Assembly: GCF_964204645.1 (NCBI RefSeq)
Contig: NC_134033.1
Location: 9,246,655-9,310,654, forward strand
Origin: Tubulanus polymorphus
Taxonomy: Eukaryota > Animalia > Nemertea
Length of the DNA: 64,000 nucleotides
Direction of reading: 5' to 3'
Below the pieces are notes generated by a model that searched no databases, had not been told where the DNA came from, and was given only the letters and a program-made list of their open reading frames with translations. This document shows positions 38,498-51,194 of this stretch, one piece after another; position 1 is the first letter of the stretch, and every line of letters starts with the position of its first letter. Made by a program: the position numbers and the translations under genes.

Positions 38498-41400
38498 TTG
38501 AGGAACCTCTTCCATAAGATACCTGAGACAGCTATAGAGAATTACATGTTCAAATTATTTTCCTTTAGTAGCAAAACAAAAATCGATACATAGTTTTAAA
38601 CAGACATAGATTTTGAGATAAACTATAAAAGTAACAAAATAGAAATCTTACGTCGAAATTTTTCAGATTGATAACCGATCATACAATATTTATATAACAC
38701 CAAGTCGTTTGAAAAGCATTACTTCGATTGATAACAACGATTTTGAACAATCTTTAAGACATTATAATTAACAAATAAACAAAGCGATATCTGAATGATT
38801 AATGCCTGAATAATATGCACACATCATCTAAGCGTTTCTTAAGAATTTTAGAAAAATCCACATTTTCTACTTCTAATAAGTATTACATAATACAAAAATA
38901 TATCCCTTCATACTACATAGATAATGGCAAGATCGGTATTAAAGCAGGGGACACACATATGAAATGTTATGTATACAGGTTTTAACTGCTGTTTAATTCT
39001 TTGCCAAAACTACAGAATTATTAGGATTTTAGGGGTTGACTAATTTTCCTCATCCAATTGCAACACTCCACCTTTCTAATCACCAATTTCGGTCGTCAGC
39101 GTGTTAAAGCCAAAGTTTGATGCATCCCCAATTCCCTCATTCACCGCTCAATCATTGTTGGTGTCTTTTATGAGAAGGGATCATCCGTCTAAAATGTCAC
39201 CAGTAAATAAGTCCAGCAGCCTAGTACTAGCTCAAAATGCCCTAAAACCTGATGATGTATCCATAATATCACCTATTAAACCTGAATCAATCAATTACAA
39301 CATAATGGTACTAATTACCTAATCATTTTAAGTGTTCTTTTAGCAATAAAATGCATTGAATTTGATGTCGCTTCAAATAGGCCTTTTCAGTTTCATTAAT
39401 CAAGCAGAAAATTGAAGCAACTCAGGCGCAAATGTCAAATACCATGTAAATACAATAACACTTACCGAATGTAACACTTGTAATTACACTTGATTACTAG
39501 AAGACTGATGAAAAACGATTTTGATAACAAAGAATACGAACAACAGAATGGAACCAAAATGGCGGCGGAAGACCTGCGCACAACGCGGCCTCGTTTTAAA
39601 CAAAACTTTCAATTTTTTATTCAGTTAAACAACCTTTTTTAATAACATATAATCAAACGTATGAGTGTATCATTGATTAATTACAGAAGTTGTGATATCG
39701 TTCTTATTTGAATAATTCTCAAATGGGACGAAAGAGGGCACCACCATCTTGGTAGGCATATGGTTAACGGGCCAACGTTGGCCCGACGACGAAAATATGA
39801 CCGTATCAAGAATTTATAATTTTGAAACAAAACTGCGCTATACATACGCACATACTATAATATATTATGCTGTAATTAGAGCGAATGCATCAGAAATAAG
39901 TATTCGCCCCGCCGGGGTCGGCGTGGAAACGTCGGCCCGATGGCGAAGCCGACTCACGTCCAAATGCCGACTAATTCGTCTGACTCAATGCCCACGTCGG
40001 GTCGACTAGAAATGTTAACTGGGACAGATCGTAGATAGCTTCGTCATTCCACCAGCATCCTCATGTCAGGGTCTTACTTTTATATCAGAGTTCCAAATCG
40101 TGTATACATCCGCCATTTTGACCGAATAATCCGATTTACTTATCATTTCTATTTACGCCTGCCGCTTCTGATATAATCATACATCCATTACTATTACAAT
40201 ACGTCTTCTAAAGGTATCCAATGCAATATAACATTTCGAACGCAGTCTCAAATGTTTTGTGACTTTCTCAAAATGTATCAAAAATTTAACTAATTTTTAG
40301 TTCATAAGTCCTCAAATATTCATAAATGAACAGTTAAAAATTGTTGAAACATGTCGACTCTGCTGTAAAATCAACCTATTAACAGTCCGGAATTTGGGAT
40401 AATATTGGGCTATAGAGAACATAATGCCCCCTAGGTCTTCAAATTTACAGAAAAGATTACGTAAGTGATTCACGCGCAGCGCGCGATAGGCGCACAATAG
40501 AAATCTGAGCCGCGCGTTCTTTGAGTGTCACCAATTAAGAGGACCGCTATTGTGAAAATTGACTGCGGGAGGAATATTCTTCCCAATGTCAATCGATGGA
40601 AACTTGACCATGGGGTCCGATATTTTAACAATTGACTTTGGGAGGAATATTCCTCCCAAGGTCAAACGAAGAGAATTTGACCTTCAGGTCTGATATTCAA
40701 AGTATCGACGTCGGGAGGAATGTTCCTCCCTATGTCAAACCATGGACGTATAATCTAGTTTATACGTCCATGGTCGAACGAAGGAAAATGGACCTGGTCT
40801 GATATTCGAAATATTTTCATTTGTCAACTGAAGGAAAATGAACCCGAGTCTTAGATTCAAAGTATATTGATTTAGGGAGGAATTTTTCCTCCCACCACTA
40901 AACGATATAACCTGAAATTTTAGAAAGATAGGTGTTTTGGGTGTAATTAGTTTTTTTAAAGCCATAAAGCCGGTAGATTTATGAATTTCGAGTGATACGA
41001 TACACAGTGTTCGAGGTAATGAGACGGTATGAGACATAGGCCTACATACAATTTTAGAAAACTAAATAGATTTTGTATTTTCTTTGTCTAACAGTAAATT
41101 GCTATAACTTTGTTGACAATCAATTGTAATCAGATTGTAATCAGGCCCTTCCCGATAAACATGTAGAGGGGAAATCGTAATTAAAACACGTGCATAACAT
41201 AGAAATTAAGTTTTGATTATACAGGGAATATATTAGGACTGCTTACAAATTTTCACTAGACTGCGATAAATCTAAATAGCTTAACGGCACGAGTTTAGCT
41301 AATTTACGGGTTTAAAGGTTCATTTTCGGAGTCAATGGACGTAATTTGATAAATGCATTCTTTAAATTGAAATTCTATAGTAATCGATACAAATCATTTA

Positions 41401-43642
41401 TATTAATGTGTTTTGTGTTAATTAAGAATGGTCATTCAAGGATTAAAGATCATTATGAAGCTGATACATTTCATTCGTGTGGATTCTTCTCTCATTACTA
41501 GCGTTAATAGGAGATTCGCGTGTCACGCATGATAAAAAAAATTATTCGAGTCGTATTTCTTTCATTTACGGTCGCAAATTAGCCATTGTCCTAGTGAGCA
41601 TTATTCTCATTTATACGTAAAAGTGTATTCGGTATGAGGGTTTGTTTCTTTCTTCACTCCTTTATATACAATTCAGAAATAGGAGTTGATAAGGAGGTTT
41701 TTACTCCTAACCGAACTCAGTTCCCATTCAGTTCAAGTTTATATGCATGGAGATCTATGAAATAAGGGAAAATACAATCCAGCCTACTAGCCACTGAACG
41801 TTAGCACCCAGAAAACGTCAGGAATTTGCAGAGAGAAAACATTATGTTACAAAAATATTGGATAAAATTCATTCTAAACATGCGTTACTAAGCCCAGAAC
41901 TCCAGATATCGGGATGTTATGTCTAAGGCAGATTTCTCCCTTTGTGACACAACCATTTAATTACTCATGTGACCATTATGTTAAAACACCTCTCACAATC
42001 CAGCTTAAGATTAAGTGGCCTGCGGTATGAATGCTTTAGTATTGATTCATATAGGAAGCATTATAGTCTTTACATTGAAATTAGTTGATAGAATGCATCT
42101 TACTTTTTCTCGACTTAATAATTATTATTTGATTGACATACCACGGATTCGGAAACTAGTTGATTAAAAGCACAAACGCATATAGTCGCTATCCTGGTAA
42201 TTAAATCTACTTAAAAATCGATTGATTGTTATTGAAATGATGAAAGTTGAAAAAGACAATCAACGTTTTTATCAGATATATGTTTCGTTGTTCGTGATAT
42301 TCAGCATACACCAATGTCCAGTAAAATTTAACAATTCAAAGTTATTACAAAACTTGCAAATTCTAATGTTTATTTAGCGGAAATTTTCCCCTTGCCATTT
42401 TTCCAACGTTTATCCAAAGATTGAAATACTTCATTAGTACTAAACTAATACTAAAAGTTATCGCACTGGTAAAATAATATTTCAAATTTCAATAGTATTT
42501 CAAAGATATTTCAAATAAAAAGTTTCAATAATTTATCGCATCGCACAGCAAAATCCGTGAAATACATTTTTGATTTACGGGTGCCTCTTAGGCCTGTCAT
42601 CGCTTGTACATTGTCATAATGAATTCTCTTTAATTGAGCAATATTTACTTAGGACTTAATCACTGACTTCCTATAGATAATGAGCTATACAAAGCCTAAA
42701 CCGATAAAATTCAGTGGCTTGTAATTGTCAGCTTGCTTGTATACCAAGCTTCGCTAACATAAACGATGATGTTGCCCTTTTTACTGAAATCTTGACGTAT
42801 CAAACCATAAATAAAAAAAACTGCAAAAATTGCTTCAATCGTTTTTACGCATGAGGAATCGATTTTGATTTGAAAGGCACTTGTTGACGTGTGGGGAAAA
42901 ATTGAAAATTTTCACAGAAATCCTTTAAAACGATTCCAGTTATTTTGGACTTAATTTTGCAATACAAACGAAAACATACCAGCGGCAGCAAATCATAAGC
43001 TCTTTAATTGGTATTCTTAGGGGATTTTTACCGGGGAATTTCGACCATTACCGTGTAGACGAGCTGGTAACAAAAACCTTTGGAAACAACAAATTATTCG
43101 CTTGTATGAATTTACGCCACTTTTGATAGGACTGCCTAATCAAATATTTCAATCATGAAGATGGCGAGTTGACTGAGCCCGAGGCGCACAGTCGATAGTA
43201 GTTATATAGAAACAACACACATAATGCATTTTCCTTAAAAGTGTTTGATCTATAGAGATTTAATACAACTTGTCAACAGTTCAATTTCTATAATGCGATG
43301 ACCTATGTATGAAAATATGTTTTCTGTTTGTGTTACGCGTGATCCAGGGGGATAATACCTTCGCCCAAACGTTCTACACACACATGATACGATTTAATGA
43401 ATCCGAAATATATCCAGGCCTAGAGTTCATGCTGAAGGATGAAGACTAAGAATATCTTAGCAATATAATTTTTAGAAAGAGATTTTTGTCCACTGAAGTT
43501 TAGAATAGCACGCCGGACTCTTTGTTAGGATCGACCACAGTTCTATAGCGAATTGATTACAAGTAGTTAATTTAGCAAAACAAAGTTAATTGTTCATTAC
43601 AGTGCATTGCTAAGGGTTAGTTGTAAAAAACCCAGAATGTTG

Positions 43643-43778
43643 GAAAAATGGCCAAGGAAAAATGGCCAAGGAAAAATGGCCAGAAAAGAATGGCCAAGGA
43701 AAAAATGGCCAAGGTAATTTGTCCAGGAAAAAATGGCCAAGGTTAAAATGGCCACGGAAAAAAAGGCCAAGGAAAATT
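43643..43778 (+). repeat. GGAAAAATGGCCAA 14-15-bp minisatellite (~9 units)
   Basis: Directly visible tandem units. Confidence 0.9.
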
Positions 43779-45629
43779 TATGAGAACTACTGCTAATGTT
43801 AATAAAACATTAAGCTTTCAATATAATGACATCACATATTTTTCATGGGGCTTAAAACAATTAAAATCGGTATTAATGAATTCAGAAATGTGATGAACTT
43901 ACATTTCATTTCATTGCATATAATGAATATATCGAGAACTATCATGCAAGTGGTCAATGAATAAACTTACTAGTGATTAACTTAAACTTGATAAAATAAC
44001 TAAGTCAATAATTCAAAACATCTAAGTAAGCGAGTAAAAATTCCCTCGGTAAAAATCCCCAATTCTTCAAATTAGGTAATCCCCTCCCTTTGAAGGGATG
44101 ATAAGTAGATACAATCTTAAGGTCAATTAATTCGTATTATTGATACGTATATCCAATTTATTCATATTTTACTGTCGAACACCGTAAGGATATCAATATG
44201 CCTATACAAACTATGCTATTTAAATTAAAACATACTACAAATTAACCTTTCATTGATACTAAATTAGTACATATACATGTAGTTATTGCACAGCTTAGTG
44301 AAGGGGTTCATCGCACATTTCAAATATATAACACTAGCTTGAATCTAAAATATTTAATATCAAAAGTACGTTATTTCTAATAATTCATGGCATCGCACAG
44401 CTGAAATTCAAAAATATTCCAGTTCGAATCTTAAGATATTACAAATAAAAGTTTATTACTCTTATTAATTCTTACAATTCATTTTATCCGTAAGAATTTA
44501 TCGCAACGAAAGATTTCATTTAAAAGTTCAAACATATTTCAGTCTCATTGCAAATTCGAGAAACATCGTGCTTTGACATGTTCTTGACAATCACCCAGTA
44601 TGAATATTTGAGGGATTTTTACCCAGGGTATGTTTACGTAGGGTTTAGATTTTTTAGATTTCTACATAGGAAATCTTTACCAGGTGATCTTTTTTGAACG
44701 GATCAAAGTATTTTGAAGAAGATATTCTGGGGGATTTTTAATTGTCATATCTAGCTACAGTAGATACTTTGATTATTCGCTACGATATTTATTACATATC
44801 ACACAAATCCGCATATACGCTAGAATCCATACTGTTAGCAAAAATCACTAAGAATCGCAATTTGCTCATTTTGTAATATTTTTGAAATCGTCCAATTTTA
44901 TTGCAGAGATTCCCCGATATATCACGAGTAATGAAACAGATATCACGTTTAAACGTAGATTTTTCTTTTATTTTGAAATCCATAGAGCAAACATTGGAAT
45001 CTAATGTTATTGAACATAAAGCTCCCAACCCTCCCTGCATTTATACATCGAGAAATCCTACTCGACTATAATAGGCTTTTTATCATGGTGTAATATAGCT
45101 TGTGCAACAGGACGTCACTGAGTCATTACGTTAATTGTGAGGTGTTTATACATAATAGTTTCGTGAGCAATTCATATGGTGGGATCATAATCGGGAAAGA
45201 TCCGCCTTAAACACTTTATCGCCTTAGGGAGTTTGAGCTTCTCGATAAAATTCCCCAAAAATAATTCAAAATCGCCCTATCCAATATCTAAAGGCCATTC
45301 AAAGCAATATATTTTGTCAATTCATTTTGAATTTATTCATAATCAATAACATATTCTTAATAGTAATGATTTTATTATTAGGAATCTGATCTAATATATT
45401 TCTAGTTGTAAAATGTAGCTGTCGGATTTACGAGCAATTATCACATTAATGAGATGATCGCTCGTAGGTCGGATGGATGGACATATTAGTGTGTACCGGT
45501 CTACAGTGTCTTTAATCAAAGATTCCATTTGATATCTGTCGTATTTCTATGAAAGAGTACAAACAGAAATATAGCTGCAAAGCAGCGATAACGGGTTTTC
45601 TGCACAGTCTTAGAATCCTGTTCAACGGT

Positions 45630-45860
45630 GGATTTCGACAATGCATTTGATAAGGCTCAACATCAGCCATTACTGAACAGGCTATTAGGAAACAGTATCA
45701 ATGATAGGTCGCCCAAATGGCACAGCAGTTATCTCTGAACGGAAACTTGTAACCGAAATCAACGGAACGCCTCATCTCGGAATGAGACGGTCTAACTAGT
45801 GGAGTCACGCAAGGTAGTATCCTAAGTCGTCTTCTGTTTAATGTCCTGACAAATGACATA
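45630..45860 (+). mobile_element. Decayed CR1-like RT fragment (uninterrupted paralogue of 29750-29889 + 35703-35800)
   Basis: DFDNAFDKAQH...TSGVTQGSILSRLLF. Confidence 0.75.
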
Positions 45861-45949
45861 CACAGTAATCCAAAATATACCAGACCGAGTAAATTTCCAA
45901 AACAACCTTAACACACTGTTCGACCAAAAACTTAATGTTCCGACAAAAC

Positions 45950-48270
45950 CACGGGCGACAAAACCAAAATTATGAATTGTCGCGGGTGACAAAACCAAAA
46001 TATTGAATTGTCACGGGCGACAAAACAAAAATAATGAATTGTCGCGGGCATTAAAACCAAAATATTGAATTGTTGCGGGCGATAAAACCAAAATAATGAA
46101 TTGTCGCGGACGACAAAAACAAACTATTGAATTGTTGCGTGCGACAAAACCAAAATAATGAATTGTCGCGGGCGACAAAACCAAACTAGGGGTCAAGGGA
46201 CACCATGCTCACTTGGGCAGTGGTTTCAAATGCTCAACAATCTAACAATTTCAATACAGAACGCCCTCTAGTGACCATATACATAAACCAATGACCTTGA
46301 AACCCACCACAATCATAGAACATGTGAGCAGCTATGATTTTGTAATTGATTGTGATAACAAAATATGCCTCGTTACCAATTTAATATGGAAATACTAAGT
46401 TATTCTACTATTCAACGCCCCCTGGTGACCATATGCAAAACCCAATGACCTTAAAACTCACCACAATCGTGGTACATGTCATGAAATACAACTTTGCAAT
46501 CGATCATAGTAACAAAATATGCCTAGGTACCAATCTAATAAGGAAATACTAAGCCATTCTACTATTCAGCGCCCCCTGGTGACTATATGGAATAACTAAT
46601 GTCCTTAAAAACTCACCACAATCATAGAGGATGTCATGAACTACAACTTTGCAATGGATCATGGTAACAAACTATGCCTAGGTACCAATCTAATAAGGAA
46701 AAACTAAGCTTTTCTACTATTCAACGCCCCCTGGTGACTATATGGAATAACTTATGTCCTTAAAAACTCTCCACAATCATAGACGATGTCATGAACTACA
46801 ACTTTGCCATTGATCATGGTAACAAAATATGCCTTGGTAAAAATATAATATAGCGATACTAAGTTATTGTATTATTCAACGCCCCCTGATGGCCACATAC
46901 AAAAACCAATGACCTTGAAACTCACTAAAATCATAGAACACGTTATGGGCTACAACTCTCCAATTGAATATAGGAACACAATATGCTTAGGTATCAATTA
47001 ATTGTGGAAAAACTTTTTCCCACCTACGAATGAGTACTGATGAAACCAAGATGGCCGCCAATTGCGTCATAATTGGCTGATCAAAAATACCTGTCCCAGG
47101 TATAAAACATCCCTCTCTAAAGAATATCCATCAGCAATTGCAATGAGAAATGGCAAACCAGTAGGAAGCTACAGGACCTAGAATTCTGGGCAAAATTGAC
47201 ATTTTTGGGCACTAAAAAGGTCATAGGACGGCCATCTTGAGTCAGATCGACTCAATTTTCTTATGCTGATGGGCCTTTGGTAGATTCAAATATAAACGAA
47301 AAATCAAGGTAATTGATCAAAGCGTCTTCAAAATTTTCTTCGGGCCACAAAACCAAAATAATGAATTGTCGCGGGCGATAAAACCAAAATAATGATTTGT
47401 CTCGTGCGACAAAATCAAAATAATGAATTGTCGCAGGCAATAAAAACAAAATAATGAATTACCGCTGGCGATAAATCCAAAATATTGAATTGTCGCTGGC
47501 GATAAAACCAAAATAATGAATTGTCGCGGGCGACAAAACCAAAATAATGAATAGTCGCGGGCGATAAAACCAAAATGATGAATTGTCTCGCGCGACACAA
47601 CCAAAATAATGAATTGTCGCGGGCGATACCAAAATAATGAATTATCGCGGGCGACAAAACCAAACTAATGAATTGTGGCGCGAGAACAAAAACCAAAAAA
47701 AGAATTGTCAGGGCGACAAAACTAAAATAATGAATTGTCGCGGGCGATAAAACCAAAATAATGAATTGTCGCGGGCGACAAAACCAAAATAATGAATTGT
47801 CGCAGGCGATAAAACCGTAATAATGAATTGTCGCCGGCGATAAAACCAAAATAATGAATTGTCTCGGGCGACAAAACCAAAATAATGAATTACCGCGGGC
47901 GATAAAACCAAAATATTGAATTGTCGCAGGCGATAAAACTAAAATATTGAATTGTCGCGGGCGACAAAACCAAAAAAAAAATTGTCGCGGGCGACAAAAA
48001 CCAAATATAAAACCAAAATAATGAATTTTCGCGGGCGACAAAACCAAAAAGAAGAATTGTCGCGGGCGACAAAACCAAAATAATGAATTGTCGCTGGCGA
48101 TAAAACCAAAGTAGTGAATTGTCGTGGGCGATAAAACCAAAATATTGAATTTTTGCGGGCGACAAAACCAAAATAATGAATTGTCGCAAGCGATAAAACC
48201 AAAATATTGAATTGTCGCGTGTGACAAAACCAAAATAATGAATTGTCGCGGGCGACAAAATCAAAATCAT
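45950..48270 (+). repeat. 30-bp satellite (CGGGCGACAAAACCAAAATAATGAATTGTC) in two arrays, ~45950-46185 and ~47340-48270, split by an insertion
   Basis: Dozens of visible units; the long ORFs here are repeat artefacts. Confidence 0.95.
46186..47340. mobile_element. Inserted element containing a 154-155-bp tandem array (5 units)
   Basis: Interrupts the 30-bp satellite; CGCCCCCTGGTG-like core at 46262, 46416, 46570, 46725 and 46880. Confidence 0.7.
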
Positions 48271-49467
48271 TGTTTTCTCGCGTTATTTTAGTTTTGTCGT
48301 TTTGTCGTAATGTCGCCCTCATTTGCATATTCGTGTTTTTTTATCTTATCAGCCACCATACTAAAGCCTTAAGGTCGCGTAAAACTCGATAAACACTTCA
48401 AGCGACACAGCTAACGATCTCCTTTCCCCCACAGCGAACGCTTACTCCGAATGTCAAGTGTGAGTCCAGCATACGGATAGGAGTGTGTTATATACTTGTA
48501 TTTAGTAAATACCTTGTGCATTTGACAATGATCGGTATGTACTGTAGGAAATATAGAGTATTGATAAATGGTTGAAGCCCGCGGCCGAATAAAGTAATAT
48601 ATTCTTTTATTTTGATACCTCGTCGACATAACAGCTTTTCTCCGCCATATCTCTTCGGCCTGTTTAGTTTAGGCCTACGATTCCCCGGTACACTAAAGAT
48701 TTATCTTAGTAAATACACGGTTAATTCGGTAAAGAAACATAGGTATTGTTAAACTAACTCCTTGAAACCCGCAGCCAAATCACTGGTAGTAATAAATTAA
48801 TTTGTACTCGATTTGATTCTCATGATGAGGAGAAACTCGCAGCTCATCCCCGGAACGTCGATGTAGTAACACACGTCGATTCGTCGATGTTTACGGCTCG
48901 ACAGTGCTTTTAGAATCTAAAGTAGTAAATTTCCAGTGTATCGGTAATATGATTTGATGAGGAAAATGGGCTATTGTTAAAATCACTGTTTGAAGACCGC
49001 GACTGAATGTGAAGTCTGCGGCAATAAAATAGTTCATTTATACTTGAATTGATAATCGAAGTGACAGTCGGCCTGCGGGTTGATTTCGGGATGACGACTC
49101 GAAAAACATGTCGCCCCATTGAATGGGGCTAAATTTTCGATGTTTACAGCCCGACAGCGCTTTTGTAACAATGATTCGTGAAAAAACACGCGGGCTATTT
49201 GTAGATCTCAGTGAGCTGAACGATATTATATGGATTGTATATGAAACAGCGGTAAGGAAGCAAAGCCTATGTTCTTTTGGTAAAAATAGTGTGGAAGAAA
49301 ATAATAATAATAATAATCACGCGGATATCAATAGGGTTTTCTGTGAAATAACAGAAAACCCTAAATATAAACCCTCTACAGGGTACAAATCAGAAGTTAA
49401 AACTAGGACAATGGCTAATTTGCAAACATAAAGGGAAAGATTTCTCCCAACAATCATGACCCACATA

Positions 49468-49726
49468 AGCCGCGATCACACGGAGACGATTTGGCCCGGG
49501 CCAAATTAGCACCGATCAGGCTCGGGCCAAATTTGGTAATTAGAGAGCGCGTTCACACGCAAACCATTCACTCGATACTAAACAATGCTCAAACAAAGCG
49601 AAGTGGATCATTTACGGTGCTAGTTGCAATTCAAACGCAGTCATTTGTCTGGTGCTCGGGCCTGGTCCGACGTTTTTGGTCGGGCCAAATTTGGCCCTGG
49701 CCAAAAATACACGTGTGATCGCAGCT
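49468..49726. mobile_element. PIF/Harbinger-like MITE, followed by a partial diverged copy to ~50010
   Basis: TIR AGCCGCGATCACACG/CGTGTGATCGCAGCT; 3-bp TSD ATA; internal GGGCCAAAT palindromes. Confidence 0.65.
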
Positions 49727-51194
49727 ATAGAGACGATTTGTCGGGGCTAAATTGGCTCGAATCAGGTCCGACTTAAATTTTACGCATGGCTTACCAAAGA
49801 GCGCGCAGATTTTCATGTTCAAATTCATTTCACATTCAAATTCAAACCCATTCATTCGTTACTAAACAATGCTTAAACCATGGAATCTAAAACGAGTCCA
49901 TACTTAAACCAAGCGAAGTGACTGACTTCCAGAACCAGTTTAAATCAACACGCTTAATTTGACTCAGGTCTGGTCCGTAGTTTTTGGTCGGGCGATTAGG
50001 CACGGGTCCATTTTGCGCCCATTACTTTGAATATCAGACCTGAAGGTCAAATTCTCTTCGTTTGACCTTGGGAGGAATATTCCTCCCAAAGTCAATTGTT
50101 AAAATATCGGACCCCATGGTCAAGTTTCCATCGATTGACATTGGGAGGAATATTCCTCCCGCAGTCAATTTTCACAATAGCGGTCCGCTTAATTGGTGAC
50201 ACCCAAAGAACGCGCGGCTCAGATTTCTATTAGTGCTCCTATCGCGCGCTGCGCGTGAATCACTTACGTAATATTTTCTGTAAATGTGAAGACCTCGGGG
50301 GCATTATGTTCTCTAAAGCCCAATATTATCCCAAATTCCGGACTGTTAATAAGTTGATTTTACGGCAGAGTCGACATGTTTCAACAATTTTTAACTGTTC
50401 ATTTATGAATATTTGAGGACTTATGAACTAAAAATTAGTTAAATTTTTGATACATTTTGAGAAAGTCACAAAACATTTGAGACTGCGTTTTCGACGTTCA
50501 ACCAGAGCTCATTATATAATCACAGGAAGACATTCTACATCTTTGTCAATGATATTTTGCCAAATAGCTTGTACGTGTACACATAGACCTGTGACGTTTT
50601 GCACATCGATTTACGGTTGTCGTTTGTAAAATGACGCTGAATGGTTAACATTGTTTAGGTTTCATAATGGTAACGTTTTATAAGGCGTCAAAAAGCCGCA
50701 GGAAAGAGTTAGCTGGAAACCGCTCGTGAAAACTAGGCTTACTTTCTTACCGTTATGCGCAACGCGCCACTCAGGTTACGCAACATGACACAACAACGTA
50801 CCGCTGACACGCGGTGCCGACGCACCGAGCCGTTTTGGACTAGTAATTGTCATAACGCGGAATTAAAGAATCACGGAGTTTCTTCATTTTCACTATAAAA
50901 AGTAACCGTGTTTTCCCGTGGGGATACCCTTTGTAGGACAAGGCACACTGCTGCATGTTTTCATTATCGCTACCCGGTGCGTCTAATGCAATCATCCATA
51001 TAGCTTTTTGTATGTAAATTAGATTGTAGATGCAGATGAAACACTGGTTTCCATGGTTACAACAACAAACAGTCTTTCTCTTTCTCATCGGTTGTTTATC
51101 GGCGGAAAAACATGTAGCGAAACGTAAGTAAGCAAGGACGAACTACGGGACTATCTTTGGAAACTGTAGTTTAACTTTAACATGTATAACGTAG

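Larger units (their letters stand above)
40239..50489. mobile_element. 10.25-kb non-autonomous TIR element with 4-bp TSD
   Basis: ~465-bp TIRs (40239-40704 and 50023-50489), AACGCAGTCTC...GAGACTGCGTT; TSD TTCG (40235-40238 and 50490-50493); no transposase ORF seen inside. Confidence 0.8.

Noticed and set aside
39040-39610. Exon-like minus-strand segment and YY1-like CAAAATGGCGGC promoter motif
   Set aside because: Several in-frame stops and no recognisable domain; cannot support a gene
45950-48270. CRISPR-like 30-bp repeats
   Set aside because: Head-to-tail units without unique spacers, eukaryotic context, no cas genes
47261-48328. Long hydrophobic ORFs (up to 272 aa)
   Set aside because: Translations of the 30-bp satellite; open frames arise from the repeat unit
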